64,000 bases of DNA from Octopus sinensis (taxonomy: Eukaryota). Shown here piece by piece: positions 1 through 12,820 of this stretch. Location: assembly GCF_006345805.1 (NCBI RefSeq), contig NC_043001.1, positions 43,028,001 to 43,092,000 of the forward strand. The letters are read 5' to 3'. A model generated the notes under the pieces. The model was not told the origin of the DNA. It searched no databases and was given only the letters and a program-made list of their open reading frames with translations. Made by a program: the position numbers and the translations under genes. Every line of letters starts with the position of its first letter. Position 1 is the stretch's first letter.

Positions 1-309
1 TGGGAAATCCTACAACGAATTGGTGTTCCATTGAAGATAAAATGTTTGGCTTACTTGCCTAGTCAGGGGTGGCATCATTTGAAAGCTATAATAATGTGAG
101 GAAACACATTGTGACCAGAGGTATATAGCATCAGCTGATAGTCTGACTGTTTGATACAATGATGTAGCACATATGTTATATATATATATTGGTTTGGTAT
201 ATATATCATACAGTAATATTGTAATTGTCTTCCATAGGGATTTTAATTTTAGTAAGGATAATACTTGTTTAGGGGTTTCTAGTTTATGAAGGTTTTGTTG
301 CATAAGATA

Positions 310-760
310 TATACAGGTGTGGTAAGAAGTTTGCTTCCCAACCACATCGCTCCGGGTTCAGTCCCACTGCGTGGCAACTTGGACAAGTGTCTTCTACTAT
401 AACCTCAGGCTGACCAAAGCCTTCAGAGTATTTAATAGAAAGAAGCTGAAAGAAATTTCTCAGACACAGTAGGCATAGTGCAGGCTTCTGCTTGGCCAGC
501 TCCTGTCAAACCATCCAACCCATGCTAGCATGGAAGGCAGACATTAAATGATGATGATGGTGTGTGCGTGCCTGTTACCTACCACTGCATGGCAACTGGT
601 ATTAGTTTCTTTACATCTCTATAATTTAGCAGTTTGGCAAATGAAACTGAAAGAATACCAGGCTTAAAAATAAGTACTGAGTTCAACTAAACTCATGAAG
701 GCAGTGCTCCAGCATGACCACAGTCCAAGGTCTGAAACAAGTGAAAGGCGAACAAAGGAT
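310..760 (+). mobile_element. SINE family A copy interrupted by an RTE 3' tail
   Basis: SINE head 310-440; RTE tail ccaacccatgctagcatgg..attaaatgatgatgatg at about 480-560; SINE body resumes to about 745. Confidence 0.75.
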
Positions 761-769
761 AATATATTA

Positions 770-828
<59 letters not shown>

Positions 829-894
829 CGGTGCTCCAGCATGGCCACAGTCAAATGACTGAAACAAGTAAAAGATAAAAGATATATATATATA

Positions 895-931
<37 letters not shown>

Positions 932-2279
932 CACACACACACACACACTTGAATACACCCACTTGAATACACCCACTTTTTAGAATCCAAAGGCTGAAAT
1001 TGTTTCCAGCACTGAATAGGCATAATAATAGCATGTCTGAATTCCAAAGAAAACTATTCATAAATAATCTCAAATATTCTTAAGGTGATTATAATAGGAT
1101 TCAGATGAAATCCTGATATTTAATGGATATTCAGTTGAATAGTGCCAGTTAATAAGTATTTAATACAACCAAAATTATTATTTTTGTCCTCATCATTGTC
1201 CTTGTCACCATTGTCATCATCATCATCATCATTCTTATCATTATCATCATCATCATCACTACTACTTCTGAAACTTACATCATGCTGCGCTTGAAAGACC
1301 AAAATTGAAACATGTGCAACATCATATTTTTATCTGCAAATTTTCATTTCATCTCTTTCTGTCTCAATCATGCTCTCTCTTTCTATATATATGTGTGTGT
1401 GTGTGTGTATCATCATCATCATTTAACATCCCCTTTCCATGCTGGCATGGGTTGCACAGTTTGACTGAGGGCTGGCAAGCCAGAAGGATGCACCAGGCTC
1501 CAACCTGATCTAGCAAAGTTTCTACAGCTGGATGCCTTTCCTAACGCCAACCACTTTGAGAGTGTAGTGGTTGCTTTTTATGTGCCACCGGCTAGAGGGC
1601 TAGTCAGGTGGTACTGGCATCAACCATGCTTGAATGGTGCTTTTTATGTACCACCAGCACAGGAGTCAGTCAGGTGGCACTGGCAATGACCACACTGAAA
1701 TGGTGCTTTTTACTTGCCATTGGCATGGGACTAGTCAGCCAGCACTGGTATCAACCATGCTCGAATGGTGCTTATATTATAATTGAGGCTATTCAGGATA
1801 CCACCACGAATAGCCTGACTCCAAAACCACATCAAGTACTTGACATAGTCTTGGAGCCAGGATTTGGCTGCCATCACGAGTATGATGGTATCTTGGATAA
1901 CCTCAATTGTAATTTCAATAATAATTATTACCGATAAGGTTTTTCTTCCCATGCTGGCCACTTGATTTGATCGTTATTTTGAATAACGGTCTTATCCTTT
2001 TTTTATATAAAAATGTATGTGTGTGTGTGAAGGTATTAGTGGTTAGGGTGTTACACTTGTGATTGTAAGCTTGTGGTATTGATTCGTGGACCAGGCGATG
2101 CATTGTGTTCTCAAGCAAAACACTTCGTTTCACATTGCTGCAGTCCACTGACAAAGTGAGTAAGCCTACAAAAAACCAGCATCCTGTCCAAGGGGTAATA
2201 TGTCTGCCACATAATCTGGGAAACCAGCCCTATGAGCCTATGGCTCAGGAAGGATCTTTGATCCTATATATATATATAT

Positions 2280-2472
2280 AGACTCCCCTGGCACGTAAAA
2301 AGCACCCACTACACTCGCGGAGTGGTTGGCGTTAGGAAGGGCATCCAGCTGTAGAAACACTGCCAGATCAGACTGGAGCCTGATGCAGCCCCTGGCTTCC
2401 CAGACCCTGGTCAAAACGTCCAACCCGTGCTAGCGCGGAAAACGGACATTAAACGATGATGATGATGATGAT
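2280..2472 (+). mobile_element. RTE 3' tail, sense orientation
   Basis: ggcacgtaaaaagcacccactacactc..ccaacccgtgctagcgcggaaaacggacattaaacgatgatgatg. Similar tails at 1411-1790 (-), 28000-28090 (-), 28115-28177 (-) and 55600-55770 (-). Confidence 0.85.
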
Positions 2473-2479
2473 GTATATA

Positions 2480-2572
<93 letters not shown>

Positions 2573-2574
2573 TG

Positions 2575-2605
<31 letters not shown>

Positions 2606-2625
2606 GTATATATATATATGTATAT

Positions 2626-2710
<85 letters not shown>
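2472..2710. repeat. Long (TA)n/(TG)n microsatellite, representative of dozens in the window
   Basis: Direct reading. Other long tracts at 775-950, 20490-20530, 59100-59215, 59870-60070 and 60188-60275. Confidence 0.98.
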
Positions 2711-2711
<1 letters not shown>

Positions 2712-3113
2712 GGCACAGGAATGCCTGCGTGGTAAGTAGCTTGCTTACCAACCACATGGTTCTGGGTTCAGTCCCACTGCGTGGCACCTTGAGCAAGTGT
2801 CTTCTACTATAGCCTCGGGCCAACCAAAGCCTTGTGAGTGGATTTGGTAGACAGAAAGTGAAAGAAGCCTGTCATATATATGTATATATATATGTGTATA
2901 TGTTTGTGTGTCTGTGTTTGTCTGTGTTTCTCCCCCCAACATTGCTTGACAACCATTGCTGGTGTGTTTACGTTCCCATTACTTAGCTGTTCGGCAAAAG
3001 AGACCAATAGAATAAGTACTGGGCTTACGAAGAATAAGTCTTGGGGTGGATTTGCTTGACTAAAGGCAGTGCTCCAGCATGGCCACAGTCAAATGACTGA
3101 AACAAGTAAAAGA

Positions 3114-3116
<3 letters not shown>
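2711..3116 (+). mobile_element. Full-length tRNA-derived SINE (family A)
   Basis: A-box-like tgcgtggtaag, B-box-like ggttcagtccc, central (TA)/(TG) tract, body ending cagcatggccacagtcaaatgactgaaacaagtaaaagag. Confidence 0.9.
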
Positions 3117-3165
<49 letters not shown>

Positions 3166-4181
3166 CATAAATTATATTTTTATAAACAAACCCAAAAAGC
3201 TTTGCGAGTTACGGAGAGAAAGCTACTATGGAAGGCTCATAGTATAATAACTGTATATAATATGTATCATAATGATATTTATTCTCCGATTTGAAGTGGC
3301 AATTTTTAAATATAAAATTGAAGGGACAGGTACAATATCAACATGTTTTGTTAGACAGAATGATACTAATGAGTTCTCCCTTTCAATTTCTTTAAATCTC
3401 AAAATACTCCTTGAAATTTATGAGACTACTGAAATAAATACCATTAACATGTGATAAATAATTCAAGTTATAGAGAAAGGTTAATTTTTTAGCCTCACTG
3501 TTGGATTTTAAATGGAAAATGAATCACCCAGCTTCTTTAGGGTGATGAATGAGTTAATAGAAACACTCTTAACTCATTCATGTTTATATTTCTTGAGTAC
3601 TTTCCCTTAGAATTTCATGTAAGAATATTTTAAATTATGTTCCAAAATTTTCATAATGCAAAAGTTGCTTATTTTATTAAACCCCTTCCAGTTCTTATCC
3701 TAAATGTCAATAGAAACAATTAACATATCTTAAGGGATTCTTATACAAAAATCTAAGGGAGTGTTTTAATTTAAATACAAATCCTTTAAAAGTGAGAGTT
3801 TTGTATGATAGGACTTTGAGTAATCTGAGATGATTTGATATCAAAAGGGTTAAATGCTATTGTGGATGCTTTCATAGTTTTTATTTGTTAGGCAGTATCG
3901 TATTAATTTTGGGGCAAATGAATTCTTCTTCTTCATCATTTTAATGTCCCCTTTTCCATGCTTGTATGGGTCAGGCAGAATTTGATGAAGCAGATTTACT
4001 GTGGTTGGATGCCCTTCCTGTTACCAACCCTCACCTGTTTCCAAGTGAGGTAATATTTCCCCACTGACCACGTTTTATGGATGATCGGAACCAAATGACA
4101 TTGCTTGCATGACTGTAACACTCTTTTACACCTATGATGTGATGTTAAGACTGAAAGAGCATTCACGCATCCACGCACGCA

Positions 4182-4234
<53 letters not shown>

Positions 4235-5043
4235 GATGGCAAAATACAATCCAAATGCACTTTCAAGGCTTTGATCACCCTTACTGAAGACACTTGCCCA
4301 AGGTGGTGCCATGTAGTGGGACTGAACCTAGATTCATGTGGTTGGGAAATGAACTGCTTATCACACAGCCATTCCTGAATTTGTATATATTTTTACTTAA
4401 TATGAATCTTTGAGTAGGTTTTTCTTTTTTCTTTTCTTAATTTTTTTTAAAATTAAGGAATACCACAACTTACTATTTGTGGTGGATTTAGAAAACCTAG
4501 TATTCCTTTTTATCATTCTCAAAATACATCTGTAGCCTTTTTTCCATTACACTTGAGATTTGATGTAGTAAAAACAAGTCAGTACAATGCTGGTCTAGGT
4601 AATGACAGTTGTTTTAATACCTGACATGAAATGCTATAACAAAATTTATATCTAAATTGTTTTTATTGGTTTAATCTCATATCTTTATTAAATGTTTTAT
4701 TTCCCAGGCTGAAATAGAACAAAGCTAAGAGTGATAATGTGCTTAAACCACTACGTACTTTCACAATTATCGGTAACTTTGTGAATAAGAGCATTACTAT
4801 TTTTACTTTAGAAATTATGATTCATAGTTCAAACAAATTTGATTATGTATATACCTAGGAATAAACCAGATTAAGACCCATAGAAGCCCTCAGCACTTAA
4901 AGATTTTGGTGCCCCCATATATATATATATATATAATTCAAAATATAAGCAATAATAAACCATAAAATTATTTTATATTTTTCAAAATGAAACAAAACTA
5001 ACGGTAAACTGGAAGATAATGTCTATTTTTGTATACTTGTACT

Positions 5044-5751
5044 TTATTACCTCCACCAAGGAAAGAGGTTATGTTTTCATCAGTGTTGGTTTGTCCGTCT
5101 GTGTGCAAAATAACTCAAAAAGTTGTGAACAGTATTTGATGAAACTTGCAGGAAAAGTTGGTAATGACACAAGGAACAGATGATGAAATTCTGGTAGTGA
5201 TCTGGGAATTTTATGGATTCTTGAAGGATTTTTCATTTGTTACATTTACTTTATATGAAGTATTATGTTATGTTCTTTGATTATCTCCTTTGAAAACATG
5301 TTCATCATTTCCACTTAACCTATGGTGGCATTGCTGTTTCCAAAGTTTATTTTCATTTCTCTATTAGTAATTTTACTCCCGTATCTATTTTAAAATGAGC
5401 TGCTTGGCGGAGGTCTGCAGAGGATGACATGACAAGACTTGACTATTGGGATCGACTCAAAAAGCTCAGGCTTTGCTCCCTCCACTGCTGCTATGAAACT
5501 AGCTTGCTGTTGTCAATGATGTATTATAACTGCTTCAGATGATTCCTGTTTTTAAAGGGTTTTTTTTTTAATCATATGGCTGTGTTATTTTTTTTTTTTA
5601 ATCATATGGCTGTTATTTTTTTTTAACCCTGTAAGGAGGTTATGATTTTGCTGGCATTGGTTTGGGAAATTGGGCAGCTTTCAGCATGCGTGTATATTGG
5701 TTGAAATGAGCTGCTTGGTGGAGGTCTGCGCTCTCCAAGTGCTTTTCTAGT
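5044..5751 (+). mobile_element. Helentron-type non-autonomous element (HINE/DINE-1-like)
   Basis: Perfect subterminal inverted repeats CCTCCACCAAG (5050-60) and CTTGGTGGAGG (5714-24), a 3' hairpin gcgct..agtgc and a ctagt end. There is an internal second 3' subTIR at about 5393-5420. Confidence 0.65.
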
Positions 5752-6904
5752 TTATATTTGAAAAGTTTTCTCATACTATTTTTAATTATGAAGTCTTTGA
5801 TCAGCTTCAGACTATGACATAATGAACACTTAGAAATTATATTTCCAGTCATATATATGACTTCAAATATTATTTTAGCAAGTTTAAAGTGATTTCTTTT
5901 GTACCATAAGCCATTTACCATTTCAGTGGTGCCCCACTTCCCTTGATGCCCTAAGCACAAGTTTATTTTGCTTAATAGTTAATCCAGAATTGGAATAGAC
6001 AACTGATTGTGATTGTATAGATACAGATATTGTAAATATAGCTTTTCTTAACTTAACTAATCTAGTGAACTATAATTGTATTTAAATATTTAACTATTTA
6101 TTAAACAAAATCTTTAAAAACGTCATGCCTAGAAGTAAAATGTTACTTTTGCAATGTTCATTTCATCACTGCGACAAACAATAACTGCATAAAATAACTG
6201 ATGCTTCATTTCAGTTAATATTGATCTTTCTGTGTTTAAAAGATTTAAAGATTGAATAGGCTGTAAATACACCATCATCAACACTAATTCCTAAAATTTC
6301 AACATATTACAGTGAGTGCTATTTGTTAATTGCTTCTTTTTTCATTATTATTTATTCCCTGCTAATGATAGCAGTACAACACTTTGGGCAAGTGCCTTCT
6401 ACTGTAGCCTCAGGCCAGCCAAAGCCTTGTGAGTGAATTTGGTAGAAACTGAAATAAACCTGTTGTGTGTGTGTGTGTGTGTTTGTGTGTAATCATCATC
6501 ATCTTCATCATTTTACCATCCACTTTTCCATGCTTGCATAGGTTAGATTGAATTTGTTGAGGTAGCTTTTCTATAGCTGGATGCACTTCCTGTTGCTAAC
6601 TCTCATTTGTGTCCAAGTAAGGTAACATTTCCCCCATGACCAGACATGTTTTCACAAAAGATTGGCAACTAAGAGCAGTACTTGTATGACAGTGATACTC
6701 ACAACAACCACACAATATCAAGCCAAGGCGACACCAGCTCTCTCTCTCTCTCTCCCTCCCCCCTCACACACACACACACAGATGTTTATATACATAAAGA
6801 TGAGCATTTTTCAGTTTCCTTCTACCAAATTCACTCTCTTGTTTATGCATGTGTGTGTGTTTCTGTGTGTTTATATTTTCACTCTATGAAAATTATTTAC
6901 TGAA

Positions 6905-7155
6905 ACATTATTTACATTAGACGGATATTTGTCCTCATCTTGTTTGTTGTTAGCACAATGTATCGGCTGATATACCCTCCAGCCTTCATCAGGTGTCTTG
7001 GGGGATATTTTGAACCTGGGTTCTCATTCCTAAGGTATTTTTTGATGTCATTATTATTATTATTATTATTTTGATTTCATTATTATTATTATTATTATTA
7101 TTTGCCTGGAATCAAACTCGGAATCTTGGGGTTTGTTGCCTGTGCTTCTCTTAAA
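6905..7155 (-). mobile_element. tRNA-headed SINE-like element with (AAT)n spacer and decayed hammerhead motif
   Basis: Minus strand: B-box-like GAGTTTGATTCC, then (AAT)n, then CAC-CTGATGA-A-GGCTG(gagggtatat)CAGCC-GATAC-ATT-GTG. The conserved GAAA is mutated to GATA. Confidence 0.6.
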
Positions 7156-8049
7156 TATAGAACTGTATTTACCAAAAGTTATTCATTGTTGTTAGTATTT
7201 CTCCTATCAACAAATACCTTCATACCTTCAGAGGTGTGTGAAATAAAAGATTCCTTACTTGAAAAACAGTTAAGTATTAAATGCTTGGAGGTGCATATGG
7301 CTGTAAGGCAATGTCTCTTGTTAATACATGCTCTTGTTAGCAAGGAGAATGAACATAAAACAAATGAATAAATCCTTGTAGTTCTTATGAAATGTTTTTA
7401 TAGAAAATAATGAAATTATAAAAACAAACAGTTCTTAATTGAGCTCTTTTATTTAGTGCTATTGTTTTACAATCTCTTTATATGGGTTCACCTTCATGGG
7501 AGCAACCTTCGTGACATATTCAGTTGGCTTAAAGCAAAGTAGTATGTTATTAATCTTTTAAACAAAATATAGTTAAAAATACAGAAAACCAACAATATGG
7601 CTTTATAAGGAAACATTACTGTTGTTAGATAAATTTAGTACTGTTCTATGTATTCAAGTATAGTGCAAGCACATGGATTTTGATAGTGCCCTTAGTGAAA
7701 GATTCTTTAAAGTTCTATACTCATATGTATGTTATTTAAACATTATAGCACAAAGTGTTTGCTTTATGATAAACAATATTTGCTTTTATCATTATAATGT
7801 ATGACCTACTTCACAGGTGTTAGGGATAAATTCTCAAAGCAAATTTTGAAATTTGAGAAATTCTAGATCAAATATAAGTAATGGAAGTGTCCACAAATTT
7901 AAACATATCCTATATTACCTATCATCATCAGCCTTTCTTTACTTTTATTCTTTTAACGGTTTCAGTTGCAGGACTGTGGCCATGCTTAAGCACTGCCTTA
8001 ATTTATTTTCTATCAATTTTGTTGTCACTTTATGGCTGGAAGTTGATCT

Positions 8050-9080
8050 ATGATTGGGTTTATAGCTGCTGATCTTCTCTGAGTGTATCCTTGAATGGTT
8101 GAATGATATGGTATCATCATTAGGAGTTTATCCAATGTTTTTTTAATGTTTCAATAGAGGTCCCTTTATATTCCTGATTTCTTTAGGTAGGCAGTTGAAC
8201 AATTTGAGGACCTCTAAATATCAGACTGGTACAATAGAGTGTTTTCGCTCATGAATTCAAAGGTGCTATATTTGGAAGCTGACAGTATCTCCCAGTTTCT
8301 GCATTAAAATTCTCTCTAATGCCAAAATTTGTAACATGCTCCTGCAGGATTTTCCTGTATATGATAGTATGTCTCTCTCTTCAACATTCAAGAGAGTAGA
8401 CATACAGAGCTTTCAGATGTTCTCAGTTATTAAGTCTTTTAACCAACGTTATTTTATGGGTGAACATTCTTTGTAACCTTTCAATTTCATCTTTGAGACC
8501 AGATGAGCTAGGAAACCAAAGCTATGAGCAGTAATCCAATCTGCTGAGAACTAAGGTTTTCCATAGAGTTAGTATCGCTACTGGCTCTTTTGTCATGAAG
8601 GTTCATAGGATCCATCCTATGAGATGTCTGCATTTACAGCTCAGTTTGGTGACATGGCTGATGACAGACACATCATTTGACATAATTACTCCTAAGTCAT
8701 GTATATGTCATTAAAGCGCTGAATAATATTGTGATTTGCGTATATTCCCTCCATAATGAGGCCCTGAAATTTTGATAAATCAAATTTCATATTAACTTAA
8801 TCTGCCCATTGATAAATGAAGTTCAGCTCATTTTGGAATGTGACTATCTTCTGGATTTTGGATGGTCATTGATATTTTTGTGTCATCATGTAACTCATTA
8901 GGTTGGCAGAGTGCACTTGTGACCCTATACCTGATAGGGTGAAGATAAATAATAATGGTCCTAGAACTGTGCCCTGAAGTATACCATTTATTGTAGGTGG
9001 CTTAGCAGAGAGAAAACCATTTGCAGCCACAGATTGACTCCTACCATGTAGAAAGTCAAAGAGCCATTCTCTAAGTTTTC
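8050..9080 (-). mobile_element. Decayed CR1/L2-type LINE reverse transcriptase
   Basis: GKLREWLFDFLHGRSQSV..NGILQGTVLGPLLF, a Y-DD remnant, LVLSRLDYCS, LFNCLPKEIRN; many stops and frameshifts. Confidence 0.8.
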
Positions 9081-12000
9081 CACTTCATCACTGTTGTTAT
9101 TATGATTAACAGTCACCAGTGACTGGTTTGGAGATGTGTTTGTGTCCCTGTTCACTCAAATAACTGTTAATTCTTATTAAACTTCTCTTAGTACAGTTGA
9201 AACTTACTGGGTAAAGATAATGTGAAAGGTATCAATTGAAAGATGATCATTATAATTATAATTTTTATGTTATTTATCTGCGCAACATCAGCTCACCTGT
9301 AAGATTGGAGATTTTCAATCTCTATTTATCTATTATCTTCTTTGGCTTACTTTTATCCCATCTACTATTTAGTTCACTAAAGTATAGTGTATGTTGGTAA
9401 GAAGGTAGTTAATAAGATCAAATAAGTGATTAGCTCTATGAGTATTGTATAGTATGAGTCCTGTATAAAAGTGAAAAAAGCTGTTAGTGGGTGTGGTTCA
9501 TGGGCCTGGTAGGTATTGTAAATTAGAAGAAATTACTGATATAATGAATGAGTTTGAGTCTCAGCTACAGCTTTTGTACAAAATGAGGTGAACCTAATGT
9601 GCATTGTAAAGTAGATGGTAAGTCTCACATTAGTTGTGTTTATGACTGAGTTTGATTCCCACTTTGAGCCTTTTTACTTTACATACTAATACTGTTGTTT
9701 TCAGAAGTATGAATGCAACATCTAACATTTCCTTTCTTTCAGGAAACTAATAAAGCTTAATTACCCATTGATGGATACCATCCATAATGAATAATGAAGC
9801 AAATAATGTTTAACTAAATTTCTTCCTTGATATATTGATGCATGCACAGCTGTGTAGTTAAGAAGTTTGATTCACAAACATTTTGGTTTTGGATTCACCC
9901 CTACTTCAGAGCACTATGAGCAAATGTCTTTTACTATAAACTTTATTAAGCAGTGCCTTGTGAGTGGAATTCAGTTGCTTGAAACTGCAGAAGTCCATAG
10001 TGTGTATGTATGTATGTATGCATGTGTGCATATGTCTGCAAATGCAAGTGTGCATATTTATGTTATGTCTCTTATGTCTCATATAACTTAATGTTTTGAC
10101 AAACAGAGATCAATAGAATAAGTACCAGGCTGAAATAAATACTGGAACCCTTAAATTTGAACCTTAGCATGGTTGCAGTCCAATGACAGACCCCAGTAAA
10201 AGAGTAAAAGAATATTTTGAAAGATATTGTCAGTTTACCTAATTCATGACACAATATCACAGGATACTGCATGTAGTATTATATAGCATTTAGTCTGATG
10301 CACCACTGCTTCTCCCTCAAATGAATATTGTTAATATAGAACTGAAGAAATAATTTATCAGTTTACCTAATTTTTCACATCCTTGACACAAAGCCATAAA
10401 TTTGTTGGGAAGCCATATAGTTCATTGAATAACCCCAATGCTTATTTTTAGTGTGAAACTAATGATATTCAGTGAAATTATTTTATTTTTACCAAGAGTC
10501 CAAAACCAACTAGTGGGGACAAGATTAAGGGTTACATGTCTTGCAAAAATATCTTTTTGCATGATTGAAATTTTAGAAATAGGCTGAGTATCTTAAAGGA
10601 ACTGGTGAAATAATATGTAATGTGATTCAAAAGTATTGAAAAATATTATCTGTAAATTTTAAGGAAGAAGGTGGAAACCTTTGCAGTCTGTAGTTTGCAA
10701 CTGTTATTTGCCACTTAATTCATAATTAACTCTGTTACAGGAAGAGAAGGGAACTCCAGCTTTGATTTATTCTAAATCTCTTTGGTAGAGAAGAAAACAT
10801 TTCTGAAGTGAGATAGAAATTGTAAAATAGATAGCCTTTCAATTAACTTTAGTATTAATTTAAATGATTCAAAAAAGAGCAGCATGATATATATATATAA
10901 TTTACAATTCTTTCTTTGGTTAATTGGAGCTTATTGTTGAGTGACTCTGGTCAGATCAAATGAAGTAAGAATCATTAAAGAAAAGTAGTTGATCAAAGAA
11001 TTGATTAGTTTTCTGTCAATTGCTAGTCTAGTGTGCTTATCCCAAATATCCTGAAATTACACAAAGTCTTTATTAAAATTCTAGTGAATTGTGGAATTCA
11101 CTATAATGACCATCATTCAATACAGAAAAGTTTTAAAATGAATGTTTTTCTTTCAATATAATGACATTGGCTTAGCTTCATATATTCCTTCTAGTTGAAT
11201 TTGTTGTTTACTGAGTAAATAGATGGTAGGCAAGATCATCCCTAGTTATTGTTATTAAAAGTATGCTAAAATTGATTGTGATTCAAAATGCTTTCATTCA
11301 GTTCTCTTGTTTTACTTGTCTTTATTGGAAAATTGACATCTCTTCTACTTCACATGTTATTAGTTGAGCTACATTATCATTATTTTTAAAAATTTATCAA
11401 TAAATGTGGATTTGCAGAAACATCCAGGAAAAAATGTAAATTTCAAATTCCAAATAATTTACTTTTGGTAATTGTTGAATACAGTAGAAATAAGAATTTT
11501 TCAATATTATCTATTTATAATTGCTACGCTTTGTTACAATCACCCTCATTTTTGTTATACTATTTATTCTCTGTCTATGTCATTCTCTTCCTCCAGTTTT
11601 CTTCAGTTTTTAAAACAAGTAACAAGTCATCAATTACTATCATAGAGTCATTCCATCAATTTTCACTTGGAGAAAAACTTCTACTGCTTCTAATTCTTAG
11701 CCATTCTCACAGTATAGTTTAACTTGAGATCAGTTTCTATTACAAACTATCAATCATATTTATCTTAATTCATATGAATATGAACTAGTTCTCAATCTTC
11801 TTTCAATATTTTAATGTGTTAGAAAACACATCAATCTATCTTTTGTATGGAAAGAAAAACCTTTTTTTTTTTTTTTCAATCTTCAATACATGTCATCCAT
11901 ACTGTACCCCAGTCTACTATTTGTGTTACTATATCACATTGAAGACAACTTAAATCTTATCTATTTTTCTGCACCAATTTGTCTTCAGTAAATCATGTTA

Positions 12001-12183
12001 GTGGTCAAACTTCAGCATATGAGACACATTAGGTGTTTATTTTAATGCAATATCTGCAAAATTCTTTATATACACATACATCAAGAATAATTCTTATTTT
12101 GTACAGAAATACAAAATTTATACCTTCTGTTTTAAGTTTTATTATTTTCAACCTGTTGTTAAAAAATAAGCTTCATTACAATG

Positions 12184-12295
12184 TTTATTTGCTTTAAATT
12201 GCTTATATGGCATTTATCAAATACAAAACTAAAACCTTGCTTTATGGCCATAATAAGAATCAGACAAATTGTTATAGAGGTATTGTAAATTTATT
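12184..12295 (-). terminator. Candidate polyadenylation signals of NKY
   Basis: AATAAA on the minus strand at 12295-12290 and 12189-12184, about 120 and 225 nt after the stop codon. Confidence 0.45.
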
Positions 12296-12414
12296 TTTAT
12301 GTGAGAATGTGAAATCCAAAATGTATGTGTCATTGTAAGAAACAAGAGAAATACAGAGTTATCCAATGTTAGCAGTTACTTAAATGTTCATGTTATTCCA
12401 AGATGATTTCATAT

Positions 12415-12753
12415 TTAACCATATCTCAGAATAGTGCTACCACGACTTTCAGAACTTCTAACATTGGAAGGCTCTGGGACAGGAACATAGCCATGGGATG
12501 GCATCCATATCCAGTTTGGTTCTCTTTTGAGTTCTCTTTGGGTTCGTATATAATATGATGGCATTCGACCTTGATATCCACTTGGTGGTGCCATAAGTGC
12601 ATTGTCTCGTGTTGCTACTGCAGCTCTGGTGATCAATGATAGTAAGTTCTTGTCAGAATTTTCATGATTCCCTTCCCAAATTCCTCCAGACAATATCACT
12701 CCAATACAACAAAAGGTGAAAATTATTAACTGGCTGCTGAAATACTGCTTCAT
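12415..12753 (-). CDS. NKY: NKY-2-type (neuropeptide KY, RYamide) precursor, 112 aa, single coding exon
   Basis: ATG at 12753 in context acaacATGa, 18 nt after a strong acceptor (tttttttttatattttcag, exon starts 12771). Translation: hydrophobic signal peptide MKQYFSSQLIIFTFCCIGVILSG, pro-region, dibasic KR, then EPNWIWMPSHGYVPVPEPSNVRSSESRGSTILRY-G-stop. The WIWMPxxGYVxVP...RYamide pattern matches lophotrochozoan NKY-2 peptides as I recall them (e.g. Platynereis GIWIWMPAQGYVSVP...IMRYa). Confidence 0.88.
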   Translation of the reverse strand: MKQYFSSQLIIFTFCCIGVILSGGIWEGNHENSDKNLLSLITRAAVATRDNALMAPPSGYQGRMPSYYIRTQRELKREPNWIWMPSHGYVPVPEPSNVRSSESRGSTILRYG

Positions 12754-12780
12754 GTTGTATTTTGATAAAAACTGAAAATA

Positions 12781-12820
<40 letters not shown>

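Noticed and set aside
1-100. Open frame WEILQRIGVPLKIK and an antisense donor at about 52
   Set aside because: It matches the LINE RT motif LWxILxxxGxP; a retroelement remnant.
2711-2790. tRNA-like A/B boxes
   Set aside because: They are heads of SINEs; no complete cloverleaf tRNA gene was seen.
664-2812. ORFs rich in YIYI, CVCV or THTH (also at 3996, 22023, 58998, 59805 and others)
   Set aside because: They are translations of (TA)n, (TG)n and (CA)n microsatellites.
4708-4772. Strong acceptor and plausible donor (also the acceptor at 9743, ETNKA*)
   Set aside because: All three frames from the acceptor stop within a few codons. These could be terminal or UTR exons, but nothing else supports them.
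9481-9617. LLVGVVHGPGRYCKLEEITDIMNEFESQL with a nearby TATA and GTAAGT
   Set aside because: It resembles a decayed LINE endonuclease segment, has no proper acceptor, and stops flank it.
12754-12819. N-terminal extension [22 protein letters not shown] of the 134-aa ORF
   Set aside because: It is mostly intronic (TA)n and polypyrimidine tract upstream of the acceptor at 12772; the true start is 12753.
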